A stretch of 27,674 nt of DNA from Perkinsela sp. CCAP 1560/9 (Eukaryota; Protista; Euglenozoa: Kinetoplastea): the NCBI GenBank assembly GCA_965644495.1, contig CBFFSA010000070.1:1-27674 (forward strand), in the 5' to 3' direction. The notes beneath the pieces are model-generated. The model saw only the letters and a program-made list of their open reading frames with translations, did no database searches and was not told the DNA's origin. The position numbers and the translations under genes are program-made. Position 1 is the stretch's first letter. Every line of letters starts with the position of its first letter. This document shows positions 1-11,776 of this stretch, in pieces.

Positions 1-365
1 TACCGGATACCCCCACTGTAAGAGAATGGGTTTTGGGTCGAAATGGACAAATCTCTCATACTGGTGGGGATATGCTTTTTTGTCCAGTTTCCTGTTTTCT
101 CCCAACTTTTTTGACTATTTTTTTGTATTTTTGCTTCGGAAAACGTGTTAAAAGTTTTAACACGTTAGTTATCACTTGTAAAGTGAAAAAAACTTATAGT
201 TTTATAGTAAAATATAAACCACCGTCCGGGTTATTATACCTAGGAGGTATAATAAGTGTCCCTAGGTATAATAACTTTTCTTTGCGAAAAAGGGTAAAAA
301 AAAATTCGCGCCGCTTCGCGGCGCGTACGTCTTTACATTGCCCACAAACTCGCATGATACATTGG

Positions 366-1988
366 CTAGTTTTCCTCTTGTGCCTGTGAAAAATAATCAT
401 GAGTTGTACTTCGAAAACGTGCTTGAGTGGGGTGAGGCGCGGGGGTAACTTCGTTTTCTGTAGCTTCGGGGGTGAAAGAATATGAAATGCCACGAATATG
501 AATGTTTTCGTGGTTGCTATACCCCAACTGGTTAAAATTCTTGACAATATCAATTTCATATAGGGTTTCTTGGTGGGCTTCACCCATCCAACGCAACATA
601 AGTTCTGCACCTGCCTTTGATGCGATCTTTCTGTGCCCCTGTTGTAACCAGGGTTGATAATGATTTACGGAGTACTCATGACGAAATCTAGCAGCGTAGC
701 TTACATCAATGGCCTGGAGAAATTGTGTCATGCCACCGGGTATGACCCCCAATAACATAAATTCACCCATTCTATTATTCGCAAGATCGGTCAAATGTCC
801 TCTGGCGCTATCAAATATACTCAAGCATACTTCATCATTAGACAAAAGTGGAGCAATTGGACTCTTCATGAAAGGTATCACGTGCTTGGCCATCAGAGAT
901 CCAGTAACGACACCCGTTGGACTCTCGAGGACTTGCCATCCGAACGGGTTGCTCACAGTCCAAGGTTTTTTCGCAGAACGTCGCAGAAGAACAGTACAAC
1001 GTATTGGCAAAGGAGAATACCCAGCTCCTCGTTTGATGACCGCAACTGAGGCGATGAAAGAACAGCAACGCCTATCTCAATTGGGGTCCTCCGAAACCAT
1101 GACGTTCGTGGTTCCGCGTTCGGAGAGCGTTGAATTGGAGTTCATGCTTCCGCTAAATGAAAAGGGTATTTCATCAAAGTTGATGATTATGGCAATGCAC
1201 CGAGATAGACGAATAGAATATAGAAACTGATGAAACCCTTGAATACAAGCTACGATCTGTTCGTGTGTTTTGGTGGTTCGTCTTTGAACAGACCGCAATG
1301 CAATACTGTGTCGTTTCTTCCACTTTGAAAACCATTTTCTGGTTACAGATTCGCCTTTCAGTGTTCGAGCTTTGAGCTTTGTAGTGGCAACTGAAACGCG
1401 GAGGTTTTGCGCTGGAAGACTAGAGAACCATCTATAAAGCTCAGATCCAACATCGTCTTCTCCAACGTTTTCCCCTCTTAATCTTTTACGACATCCGTCG
1501 CCACGGGATGAATTCTCTGTTTGACGTTTCCAGCTTTGTAGTTGCGAGCGACCGGATAAAAAGACTCGACCTCGTGTAGTAAGGTACAACTCTCGCTGTA
1601 GTTTGGAAAACCACTCTGTCTCGCCTTGTAGTGAACCTAGCAAGCGCATGGCAGTTCGCTTGTCCTTCATTGATATGTCCGTACGTCTTTGCTTCCCTGC
1701 TGGTGATTTTCCCGCGACGGAAGCATTTTTGTTTTGACAATTTTTTAACCGTGCACAGGATTCAAGAAGATTGGCCCTTTCGACGCCAGACAAAATTTCT
1801 GAATTTTCCTCTTCCTCTTGAAATATATTAGAGAAATTTACTTCTTCGAGATCAAGGTCATTTTCGTTGTCGGGTGATTCATTCCCTCCATCGCCGAACT
1901 CTTCGTTCGTGGTATCGGATTCATTGGTATCGCTTGTTTCTGTTTCTCGGTTGCCAGAAATATTATGGAGGGTATCCTCGTAGCACAT
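366..1988 (-). pseudogene. pogo/Tigger-type transposase (CENP-B-like HTH + DDE_1) with one premature TGA
   Basis: ORFs 1077-1988 and 366-1010 are in the same frame, separated only by TGA at 1077-1079 (DPN*DRRCCSF). Motifs: LYRWF...KWFSKWKKRH, IINFDEIP, IFDSARGH, IPGGMTQFLQAIDV. Confidence 0.85.
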
Positions 1989-2967
1989 GTATTAAATGTA
2001 TGTTCAAATATATACGTATTCGATGTTTGATCAGAGGTAGGGGGGGGGGGTATAATAAGGACCCTAGGGACACTTATTGCGGTGGTTGTAAAACTACCGC
2101 TCTACACTCGATTATTGAAAGAAAAGTGAACAAAAACAGTGAAAATATAAAGGGGAACACAGTAATATAATAGAAGAAAAAAATATAAAAGGGGGCTCCG
2201 GTGGTCCAAAACTGAAAAAAAAAATTGAAAAAAATGGGGGTCCAGGGGGGCCCACTCGCACATTGATAATTTTCTTTTTTAGGCTCTTCGTTAAACGCGG
2301 TGGTTGCTTTCAACTTAGAAGTCACTCATGCTGCGCGCTTCGCGTTGAAAACTACCGCCGCGTTTAACGAAGAGCCTAAAAAAGAAAATTTAGCCTGGAA
2401 AACGGAAAGATTATAGCCAAAAATAGCCGAATTTCGGGTACAAATGGGGTCATTTTCGCATATTTTTGCTCTCAGAGCACTAAATCCGACATTTGCGCGT
2501 GGGAAATCACTCGCAGGCATGAATGAAAGCCTACCGAACGTATTGGGTAGAGAATACGACTCCAACCATACCATTCTTTCGACACAAAAATGCCCCTTTA
2601 GGTCCGAAAAATACTTTTTCACCTTTTTTAGTCAAAAGTGGGTCATTTTGGGGGGCGCACCACAGTTCGAAGAAGTGATACCTTGCGAAAACAACTGCGT
2701 AGAAATCTAGTGTAGGTCCCAAACTATCAAAATACAATAGGGGAAACGATTTTGGAAAAATATTTTTTTTGTCATCTTTTCCGCCAAGTTGAATTTTTTT
2801 TCGAAAAAATTTTTCCGAAAAAATCCGAACTTGGCGGACCCGTCCTGCGGATACGCGGGGGGGTCACCCCCGGGTAGGGGGGTGGAAAATGCGCGCCAAG
2901 ACCCCGGCTACCCTTTCTGCGGTTTTTTTTCGAAAACTAATTTTTTCGAAAAAATTTGATCGACCAT

Positions 2968-3040
2968 GCCCCCCCCCCCTGGACCCCCCCCCTGGACCCC
3001 CCCCTGGACCCCCCCCATGGACCCCCCCCATGGACCCCCC
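2968..3040 (+). repeat. (C6-9 TGGA)n G-tract repeat with G-quadruplex potential; inverted copy at 3923-3961
   Basis: Repeated CCCCCCCCTGGA / CCCCCCATGGA units. Confidence 0.8.
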
Positions 3041-3197
3041 ATTTTTTTCAAAAAAATTTTTCAGTTTTGGACCACCGGAGCCCCCTTTTATATTTTTTTC
3101 TTCTATTATATTACTGTGTTCCTCTTTATATTTTCACTGTTTTTGTTCACTTTTTTTTCAATAATCGAGTGTAGAGCGGTAGTTTTACAACCACCGC

Positions 3198-3497
3198 AAT
3201 GCATAGTTACTGCACATTGATAATGCATAACGTGCCGCACATTGATAATGCATATAGCACATTGATATTGATATTGCATAGTTACTGCACATTGATAATG
3301 CATAACATGCCGCACATTGATAATGCATATAGCACATTGATAGTGCATACTAAGCGGCACATTGATATTGCATAGTTACTGCACATTGATAATGCATATA
3401 GCACATTGATAATGCATATAGCACATTGATATTGCATACAGCACATTGATAATGCATACAGCACATTGATAATGCATACAGCACATTGACGATGCAT
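3198..3497 (+). repeat. Minisatellite with ~20-bp core GCACATTGATAATGCATATA
   Basis: About 12 variant copies are visible. Confidence 0.9.
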
Positions 3498-3544
3498 TAT
3501 TTGGAAATTAAAGGTGTTTTCAAGAAATAGTGAACACTCGTCTC

Positions 3545-3922
3545 TGCTCCCGGTGAGGCCCCGGAGTTGCGAGAGGCCTCCATACCCCACAACTACCACC
3601 TTCCCCCCCTATTTAGCGGGGGTCGCGCGAGCGACCCCTGATAAATGGGGGGAAGGTGGTAGTTGTTTTGGGGAAAATGAGAGGCTGAACGCACGGAGGG
3701 GCCGGCCGGGCCACTGAGTCACGTGAAAGTGTGACACCCAAAAACTAAACCTAGGTCTTGTTTACCCGTCTGCACAACAGAACCGTAAATGGCACGTAAA
3801 GATGGTTGGCCGAGGTACCCAATAAATTCACCTTTGCTCCCGGTGAGGCCCCGGAGTTGCGTGAAGGCCTCCATACCCCACAACTACCACCTTCCCCCCC
3901 TAATTTAGCGGGGGTCGCGCGA
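3545..3922 (+). repeat. Dispersed repeat module; duplicated at 3545 and 3835, with related inverted copies at ~23140-23281 and ~23848-23915
   Basis: GGTGAGGCCCCGGAGTTGCG...CAACTACCACCTTCCCCCCC and GAACGCACGGAGGGGCCGGCCGGGCCA are shared between the copies. Confidence 0.8.
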
Positions 3923-5300
3923 GTCCAGGGGGGGGTCCAGGGGGGGGTCCAGGGGGGGGGGATGGTCGATCAAATTTTTTCGAAAAAATTAGTTTTCGAA
4001 AAAAACCGCAGAAAGGGTAGCCGGGGTCTTGGCGCGCATTTTCCACCCCCCTACCCGGGGGTGACCCCCCCGCGTATCCGCAGGGCGGGTCCGCCAAGTT
4101 CGGATTTTTTCGGAAAAAAATTTTTGAAAAAAATTTCAACTTGGCGAAAAAAATAACAAAAAAAATATTTTTCCAAAATCGTTTCCCCTATTGTATCTTG
4201 ATAGTTTTGGGATCTACACTAGCTTTCTACGCAGTTGTTTTCGCAAGGTATCACTTCTTCGAACTGTGGTGCGCCCCCCCAAAATGACCCATTTTTGACT
4301 AAAAAAGGTGAAAAAGTATTTTTCGGACCTAAAGGGGCATTTTTATGTCGAAAGAATGGTATGGTTGGAGTCGTATTCTCTACCCAATACGTTCGGTAGG
4401 CTTCCATTCATGCCTACGAGTGATTTCCCACGCGCAAATGTCGGATTTAGTGCTCTGAGAGCAAAAATATGCGAAAATGACCCCATTTGTACCCGAAATT
4501 CGGCTATTTTTGGCTATAATCTTTCCGTTTTCCAGGCTAAATTTTCTTTTTTAGGCTCTTCGTTAAACGCGGCGGTAGTTTTCAACGCGAAGCGCGCAGC
4601 ATGAGTGACTTCTAAGTTGAAAGCAACCACCGCGTTTAACGAAGAGCCTAAAAAAGAAAATTTTTATACCTAGGAGGTACAATAGGTGTCCCTAGGTATA
4701 ATAACCCGGACTGTGGTTTAGTACTATATAGTAACTATATTCAATGAAAAAAACTATATTTTACTATATTGAGGGAGATACGGAGTACCTCGCTTACTAA
4801 GGTTAATTCCAAAACTTGAAAATGCCCCTCAAAGAAGCGAGAGATCGAGTTTTTTCAAAATTTTAAAACGTAGCAGTAGCTCATTAGATGAACTCTTTAA
4901 TGCTCGAAAAATCATCTACAACGACCTCATTTCTCAAATTGTAGAACACTTTTGGTAAAAAAAAGTGCGTCTGCAAAGGTCTGCGATACGACAAACTGGT
5001 TGACTAAGGAGAGTCCTTTGAGAGGGTTGAAACATCCCCAGCCGCACCCACCCGCACCCAGTGCATCTTCAACGGCAAAGACTTAGCGAAATTTGGGAGA
5101 TCCAGAAGGAACCCCGAAGGTTCGGGGTAATACTCCCCGAGAGGGATGACTTTTTTTTCAGTCAATTTGTACGTGTGCTTCACCATACGCGTTTTTTTGC
5201 AGAATGCAACCCAAAAGAAAGTGCGAACTGTGCAAACTAAAAACCTTTCACAAAATGAATACATGTATATCCCTTATATCCTTACATTGACATATAAAAT

Positions 5301-5889
5301 TTAAGAAAATAATTTGGCGTTGTCCTTTTTTTCCCGCGCAAGATCCTTCTTTCTCTGCTTTGACTTCATTTGCTTCAAAGCGCTCTCCTCAGCTCGCTTC
5401 TGACGCATCTCTGCCTGCGTCAACTTTCTGTACGTCTTACTTCCTTTGCGTCCGTGAGCAGGGCTTTTTCCAATTTTTGTGACACCAGTGCGCTGTAAAT
5501 TTTGTTTTACCTCTTCTCGGTACTCTCGTATAGCATCTTTATCTTTTTTGTCACCTTTCTGAAAATGACAAGAGCAAAAGTCTCGAGAAGCCCATTCTCT
5601 AACGACGGAATGCGTGGAATCCAAAGATTCTACGGAGTCGTCGTACAGTGTTACCTGGTGAACTTTCCAGTGCGTACACTCTGCATTCCAGAGCAACCCG
5701 AAAGCAGATCTTGCAAAATCTTTCCGATGCTGATTATAGTGCGGCAACTTGTGCTGATCCATATGGGCAAAAAACCTTTCTACACGGTTTCTTATCCGGC
5801 GAAACTCCATATCAAATGTTTCGTCAATTGCAGGACCAACTTCTTGGCAAAAGCAATGACGGTTATCGATATATGCCTTGTCTGCTATT
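5301..5889 (-). pseudogene. C-terminal half of the split Harbinger/DDE_Tnp_4 transposase
   Basis: IIADKAY...RIRNRVERFFAHMD, similar to LADLGY...RSRVERFFAHVD in 16459-17466. The ORF-track N-terminus is just translated Merlin TIR repeat. Confidence 0.85.
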
Positions 5890-6059
5890 ATCATTACGGG
5901 TAGGGGGGACCTTCGATGAGTACTCATCGAAAGTCTACAACTTTCCGTGAGTCTCATCGAAAGTTGTAAACTTTCCGTGAGTCTCATCGAAAGTTGTAAA
6001 CTTTCCGTGAGTCTCATCGAAAGTTGTAAACTTTCCGTGAGTCTCATCGAAAGTTGTAA
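5886..6059 (+). repeat. Duplicated Merlin left end with four 30-bp tandem units
   Basis: 5886-5975 is identical to 11469-11558. The unit CTTTCCGTGAGTCTCATCGAAAGTTGTAAA occurs x4 at 5941-6059. Confidence 0.9.
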
Positions 6060-8339
6060 CATACCGTGGTATGTAGTATTGCTGTGTCAAGTTCTTCGCA
6101 TAGCTCATGGACGGAATTGGTGGGTGTGGTTCTAAGAGAATATGCCATTTGACTGAAACCAGCACATTGTCGGATGAGTGCGAGGGAAACTTGCGGGTCT
6201 TCCATGTATTCGATCGCGGCTAAGGATTCTTCAGCAGGCAACAGGGTGTGTTCACGGAGAAATTCTGTGCAGAAATCAGTCGTTCCTACAGGGCTACCTA
6301 AAATCGAAAAATTTCCCTCGCTTGTCTTTTTAGTCGTCGGGATGTTGTCGAATCTGTCCAGGTGTTCGGCGGATTCAGGATGTGTGATGGATCGCCTCGC
6401 ACTTGTTGGCGTTTAGGAAGATGCCCCACTGTGGGCCGACTCGTTCGATGATGTCTAAAGCTCGTCTGACGTCTTGAGCCTTCCCCCCGAGAATGCCGTC
6501 ATCCAAATACCACAGATTAAGCTTAAGAAGACCAGGAAGTTGTCGATCTATCTCGGTAGTAACCAGTTGCATGACGAGGGAAAAAAGTAAAGGACCCAAC
6601 GGATCCCCTTGTTGCACACCCTCCTTTGAAGAAATCTGACGGAAACCGTAAGTGAGAATACTCTCGGTGGTGTAACACCATTCAGCCCACGGGGAGAGCT
6701 CCGGGAAGTGCTCCCTCGTAAGTGCAGCAAAGGCAGTTCTTGAGATGTTGTTAAAGGCATTTCGCAGATCCACTTTACATAGCGTGAAATCAGAACTTCC
6801 CGCCTGAGAGGCCATCACGTGCCTACACAGGTGCATCAGGCGTTCGGCCCCTGCAGGTGTTGCGACTCCGTATTGATGAGGCCAGAGTAGTTTGCTTGCC
6901 TTTTTCTTTACTGCGGAGCAGGCCGCTTTGCTCACAAGTCGCCTTATTGTTTCGCCAGCAGCAATAGGACGGACATCATTTTCTCCCTTTTCTAAGGCAC
7001 ATAGTCTGGCGCCGCCGAAGAACTTCTGGACTTGGAGACAACCTTTCCCGGACAGCAAGAGGTTCATGACTTCCTTGAGATAGAAAAGCGGCTGTACCTT
7101 GTCATCAGGGTGTGCTGCTAAGGCGCTCTGGAGATGCTCAGGGCGGAGGCCCATGGTGCCAGCCGATGTTCCGCGCCGGAAACTGCGTAGTGCCTTTTCA
7201 ACTTCGCCTTCGGATAGATGTAATGGCTCTCCTTCTATGGGTCGGAATGTGACGGAAGATGATAAAGGCAATCTACCTGGGTGCTTCGATTGGAGCTTTT
7301 CGTAAGTTTCTTCGGATTCAGGTGCCATCGGTGCTGCTGTAAGAGCTGCCATCGCACGGGAAAATTCCCCTTGTCTGGCCAGCAACTCGGCTCGTTTCGC
7401 CGCCTTGCCGGACTCGTCCACTTCCTCATCGTCGTTCCTCTCCCGCTTCTTTACCATTTGCGCAACAGATTCGTTCCACAGTGCCGCGTATTCCCTGGAT
7501 TCCCAGCGATCCATGCGTTGGCTCGTTTTCGTGGTATAGGACGAATTTCCTTTTCGTCCCCCTCTTTTGGGCGCGGGCAGGACACATTTTGGGAGCATCG
7601 CTAAGCGTGTCCAGGCCTCAACCGAGTTCTCTCTAACCACTGCAGCCATTGTTTGAGTCAAAACGTAGGCCCACTGTTGTCTGCATCGGAATGGTACATC
7701 TTTGCATGTGTTGATGGCGTAAGAGCAGACACAATCAAGAGACGGGAGCGAATCCTTGTAAATTTGGGAAATGGAAGCCTCTTCGGTTTCTGGCTCACAT
7801 GTTAGCGACGAGGTGTAAGAGCCCAAGGAGTCTTGACATTTTTCCTCATGGGAAGCTTTTTTATTGTGATCATAGTGCTTGCCGCATGAGGGGCATAAGA
7901 AACATCCTTCTTTTTCCCACCATTCCGAAGGCACAGTATCGCTATGTTGGCTTGCGACGTGATGGTAGTAGGCCTGCCACTTCCCTCCGTGTGATGCGGT
8001 GCTCCAGTTGCACACTTCGACTGGACAGGTGCGACGTCTCATTGTGTCTCGTCTAGCTGGTTGGCGAGTCTTGGAATCTTTACTAACCCCTCTCTCGAAA
8101 ATTTTGGGCGTCGACTTTTGGCTAGAAAGAGGGCTTTTTCGTGGGAGAAGCCTCGCTGTGGCCATGGAATGTGGCTCGTACCGCTCTGGGGTTTGGCTTG
8201 TTACTTCTTGACCTTTGCCAGACGTATTGGGGGCACAGTCTCTTGATACGCTGGAATGATTTCTCTCTTCGTCTGTGTCAATCATCCCCGTGTCAGGTGT
8301 CTGCTTCTCTCGGTGCAAAGATTGTAGTGCCGTTTCCAT
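6060..8339 (-). pseudogene. CRE-clade non-LTR retrotransposon ORF (Zn fingers + RT), frameshifted and 3'-truncated
   Basis: N-terminal CPVEVC..H..H and CPSC..H...C fingers; RT motifs VRPIAAGE, VDLRNAFN, QQGDPLGPLLF, WYLDDG. Frameshift near 6390 continues as ITHPESAEH...NFSILGSPVG...EDPQVSLALIRQCAGF. It ends at the tandem repeat and lacks the endonuclease. Confidence 0.88.
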
Positions 8340-8582
8340 TTTGTCTTGCCAGGCCGGTGTAATATTTTCTGGTATGGGCGTCGTGTAGAGGGATTCATCG
8401 TATGTACTAGTTGCAGCGATAAGATGCTGATTACCCTCAAACTGGTCCCAGGATCCTGGCGTGTGTGTTTTCTCCTCTTGGGCAAAAAGGTCATCTTCTC
8501 GTATCGTCGTCGAGCCGCATGAATCAGCCTACCTCATTGTCCGGATAAAAGAAATAGGGAAAGAAAAATAAGTCAAATTTTT

Positions 8583-8622
8583 CAACAAGGTACAGAAACT
8601 GTATCTTTATCGTTAAACAGTT
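8583..8622 (-). ncRNA. Spliced-leader (mini-exon)-like sequence
   Basis: AACTGTTTAACGATAAAGATACAGTTTCTGTACCTTGTTG starts with AAC, contains the kinetoplastid/diplonemid SL core ACAGTTTCTGTAC and ends TTG. No GT donor follows. Confidence 0.55.
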
Positions 8623-9201
8623 TTTTAAAGTTTTTTTTTTTTTTTAAGGCCCAATTACATTTCCAAGTTTTTTTTTTGGGGGGGGAGAAGTATAAAACGC
8701 GGCATTGCCTCTATATTTTTACTCAGTAGACGAACCAAGTAGGTCCATTGGGGGGGGTATATGATTCGTAAGCAAGCAATCAAATTAGCAATTTCACATG
8801 TTGTAGCCCAAAACTAATAATTCAACCTGCCTTAAGTTACAGTATTTATGATTTTGATAACAATAATAATAAAAAGAAGCAATTTATGCCCAATCCATTC
8901 GCGCGTTCCGGACCGGGTCTTTCGACCACTCCTCGGCCTGACTTGTGAACCCTTCCCTTGTTATATGGGAGGGCGCAGGCGCGGGCCTGTGTCGACAGCG
9001 ACACGGTCACGAAACAGGATGCTGGCCGACGGGGAGGAGATTCACTACCCGTGTACTACCTCACTTGGGGTACCTAGCCCTCGCGGGCTAGGCGTGAGCA
9101 TAGACTCTGTCGACCCGACCAGCATCCGGGCTCACATTGGAGAACCTCACTCATGAGAGCAAGGCTTGAGAATAGGTGGGTAAGACACAGTGAGTAGGGG
9201 C

Positions 9202-11468
9202 TTATGCCCCTACCAAAGACTCCGCTGGATCCGCCACGGGGATGCGTGACACCATCATCCGGGCCTGCGAACGCATGAGCGTAACATTCAGCTCCGTCAA
9301 GAGTTCATTTCGCGCTTGGCTCCGTGACAGAAACCCCTTGGACGCATTCGCCCGTTGGGTTCCGATGTCCCGGAGTAACGCTAGGGCACTTTCACTCCAG
9401 GACCCAAAGGACTCTACAACCATTGCTGTGAAGAGATGCCCGGCTTCGTCTGCTTCTTGTCGCTGTCGCGCCTTGGTCTCGGCATAGTGCGCGGCAAAAG
9501 ACCCTGGGGTCACCCAGCTAGCATTACGGACTGAGTCCAAATACTTTAATTGCTGGGCGTGGGTGACCGCAAAGTCCAATACCATGCCTTGCGCCAGAGT
9601 CCCTTTTGCCAAGGATGCAGTGGGCAGGAAGACATCCGCAGGCCTCGTGAGAGCTCCTCCGGGGCCTCGGTTTCCGAGACTCATCTCGCGCCGTGGTCCC
9701 AATTGGGCCTTGGAACAGAAAGATGTGAATTGTTGTGCCAGGGAGTTGTGGCGGGCGATGATGCCATGCCCATTTTTACAGAGCAAGGCGTGTTCACCGT
9801 TCTTGAGGAGAGGGAGGGCACAGCTTTCGGCGGGACAAGGCTTATCCTCTGGGAAAACATCCACCCCCAACCACCAACGTGATAGCGTCCGGAACTCCGT
9901 GGGGGTGAAAGCCAACCCTCTTTGCTTTGAGGGTGTCACAAAAACCCAGTTTCCGGCCCCTTTACCTGACTGAGAAACCCAGCGTGCCCTTGTTCGGGCG
10001 TCTGCCCTTGCGTAAGCAGCATAGAACTCCTGTTCAGCGATTGCGTGGCTCAGGTGTTTTTGTCGTGGTACGATGGTTTCTGGTTCTGTGGTGTCGGGTA
10101 AAAGGGGGTGGCGGAGGGAATGGGAAAGTTTTCTTTTCGCCGGGCGTGACTGGGCGTCCCGTGCCTCGTTGTGGTAGTCTGGTGAGCTTGGCTTGAGGAT
10201 ACGTCCAGTATACAGATCGACCAGGACAGTCCCAACTTTTTGATTTATTTCGCGTGCCGAATCAAGAAACCCTTCAGCTTCGGCTGCATCCCACTTATCC
10301 TTGTCGGAGGCAAAAGCCACAGAAGAAACGTATGCGGCCGAGTGGTGAAGCAACGATGAGCGAAGGCCGAATCCCCCGTAACGTTTGGGCCGTTGTAGTT
10401 GGTCACGGGCGGGAAGATCAAGAGGAAAAAGTGCGTGTTCCACAGCGCGCATGAGGTGAAAATCCAGCTGACGACAGAGTTCTCCGAGGCCTTGGGGAGG
10501 GGTGGTACGCAGTGCGTATACCATTTGGCAGAATCCGGCGCACTGCCTTATAAGGGCGAGGGCCACTTGCGGGTCTTCTATCAGGGAGATGGCTTCCAAC
10601 GTATCGCGGGCTGGCTCGATCGCGTGTGTCCTTAGGAAATTCGCACAGTGTTCTGGAGAGCCCACCGGACTCCCAAGGATATCAAAGTTTCCGTCATACC
10701 TTATTTTGTCGCTAGGAATGTCGGGGAAAAAAGCAGAGGTGTGGGCAGACGCAGGGGGGGTGATGATTTCACATTTTGAGAGGTTCAGAAAGAGTTCCCA
10801 CTGAGTTCCCACTTCCGCGAGAACGTCTAGTGCCTTCCGGACTTCCTGTGGTTCGCCAATGATCACACCGTCATCGAGATACCATAACTGTGTTTGGAGC
10901 TTTGTACGCGATGCGATTTCCTCCGTTGCCCCCGACAAAACCAAAGAGAACAGGAGGGGACCTAGGGGATCACCTTGCTGCACGCCCTCGGCCGAAGGAA
11001 TTAAATTGTCACCAAATGTTAGACAGCTGTGGTTGGCGTAACACCACTCAACCCATGGGGACAACTCGGGGAAATGTTTTCGCGTGAGGAAGATAAACAC
11101 CGGCCTACTGACATTGTTAAAGGCGTTGCGGAGATCCACTTTACAGAAGGTTATATTTTCGTTTTCCATGTTGTTGAGCATCAACCTACGACAATTGTGA
11201 ATGACTCGCTCTGCTCCGGCGGGCGCCGCAACGCCGTACTGTTTGCGGCCGAAGAAGGAACTTGCCTTTTCCTTTAAAGAAAGACACGCTGCCTTGCTGA
11301 CCAAACGTCGTAGCGTTTCCCCCTCAGCAATAGGCCTCACGTCTTCTTCGTCCTTTTCGAGCGCGCAGAGTCGTGCACCTGCAAAGAAGGGGTGTACTTC
11401 ATCCGGGCCTCTGCCTGCTAAAAGGTGGTTCACAAAGGACGTGAGCGCCAGGAGTGGATATCCAGGAG
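9202..11468 (-). CDS. CRE-clade non-LTR retrotransposon RT + restriction-like endonuclease, 5'-truncated
   Basis: Open frame from the junction at ~11469. Motifs QQGDPLGPLLF and WYLDDG, C-terminal CPAESC..H...C knuckle, RHNSL, RPADV..LDFAVT, VESFGSW. Confidence 0.9.
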
Positions 11469-11776
11469 TATTATCATTACGGGTAGGGGGGACCTTCGAT
11501 GAGTACTCATCGAAAGTCTACAACTTTCCGTGAGTCTCATCGAAAGTTGTAAACTTTCGATGAGTACTCATCGAAGCGTTTTTGAGCGACTCTAATAGAG
11601 ATTTTCGAGTTTTTTTTATTACTCACCGAAGCGTATGTGACCGATTCTAATAGAGAATTTACGCTTATTATTGGTACTCATCGATTTGTGAGGTTCTTTA
11701 GGTATCACTCATCGAAGCGTTTTTGACATTTCGTAATACAGTGTGCGCTTCACAACGAACGATATCGTTCGGACGG

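Larger units (their letters stand above)
2079..4663. mobile_element. Non-coding foldback-like composite insertion with overlapping long inverted repeats
   Basis: Arms of ~740 bp (2268-3009 vs 3923-4662) and a second pair of ~170 bp (2078-2250 vs 3030-3199). It interrupts the pogo subterminal motif CCTAGGGACACTTATT|ATACC. Confidence 0.7.
217..4718 (-). mobile_element. pogo-like (Tc1/mariner) DNA transposon with nested foldback insertion
   Basis: TIR AACCAC(C/A)GTCCGGGTTATTATACCTAGG at 217-244 and inverted at 4691-4718, with TA on both sides (215-216, 4719-4720). It encloses a DDE_1/CENP-B-type transposase. AT-rich similarity continues weakly outside the TIRs, so the exact ends are slightly uncertain. 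Confidence 0.7.

Noticed and set aside
1077-1079. TGA recoding (in-frame TGA in both the pogo and IS30 ORFs)
   Set aside because: Long Trp-rich ORFs such as 9202-11433 contain no internal TGA, and TGA ends the Merlin ORF. Single TGG/CGA-to-TGA mutations are the simpler explanation.
2074-4604. Short ORFs in the inverted-repeat region
   Set aside because: They are low-complexity translations of repeats, duplicated only because the DNA is duplicated.
6060-11468. Bacterial retron, group II intron or DGR
   Set aside because: The QQGDPLGP/YLDD RT with zinc fingers and a C-terminal RLE is a eukaryotic CRE-type non-LTR architecture.
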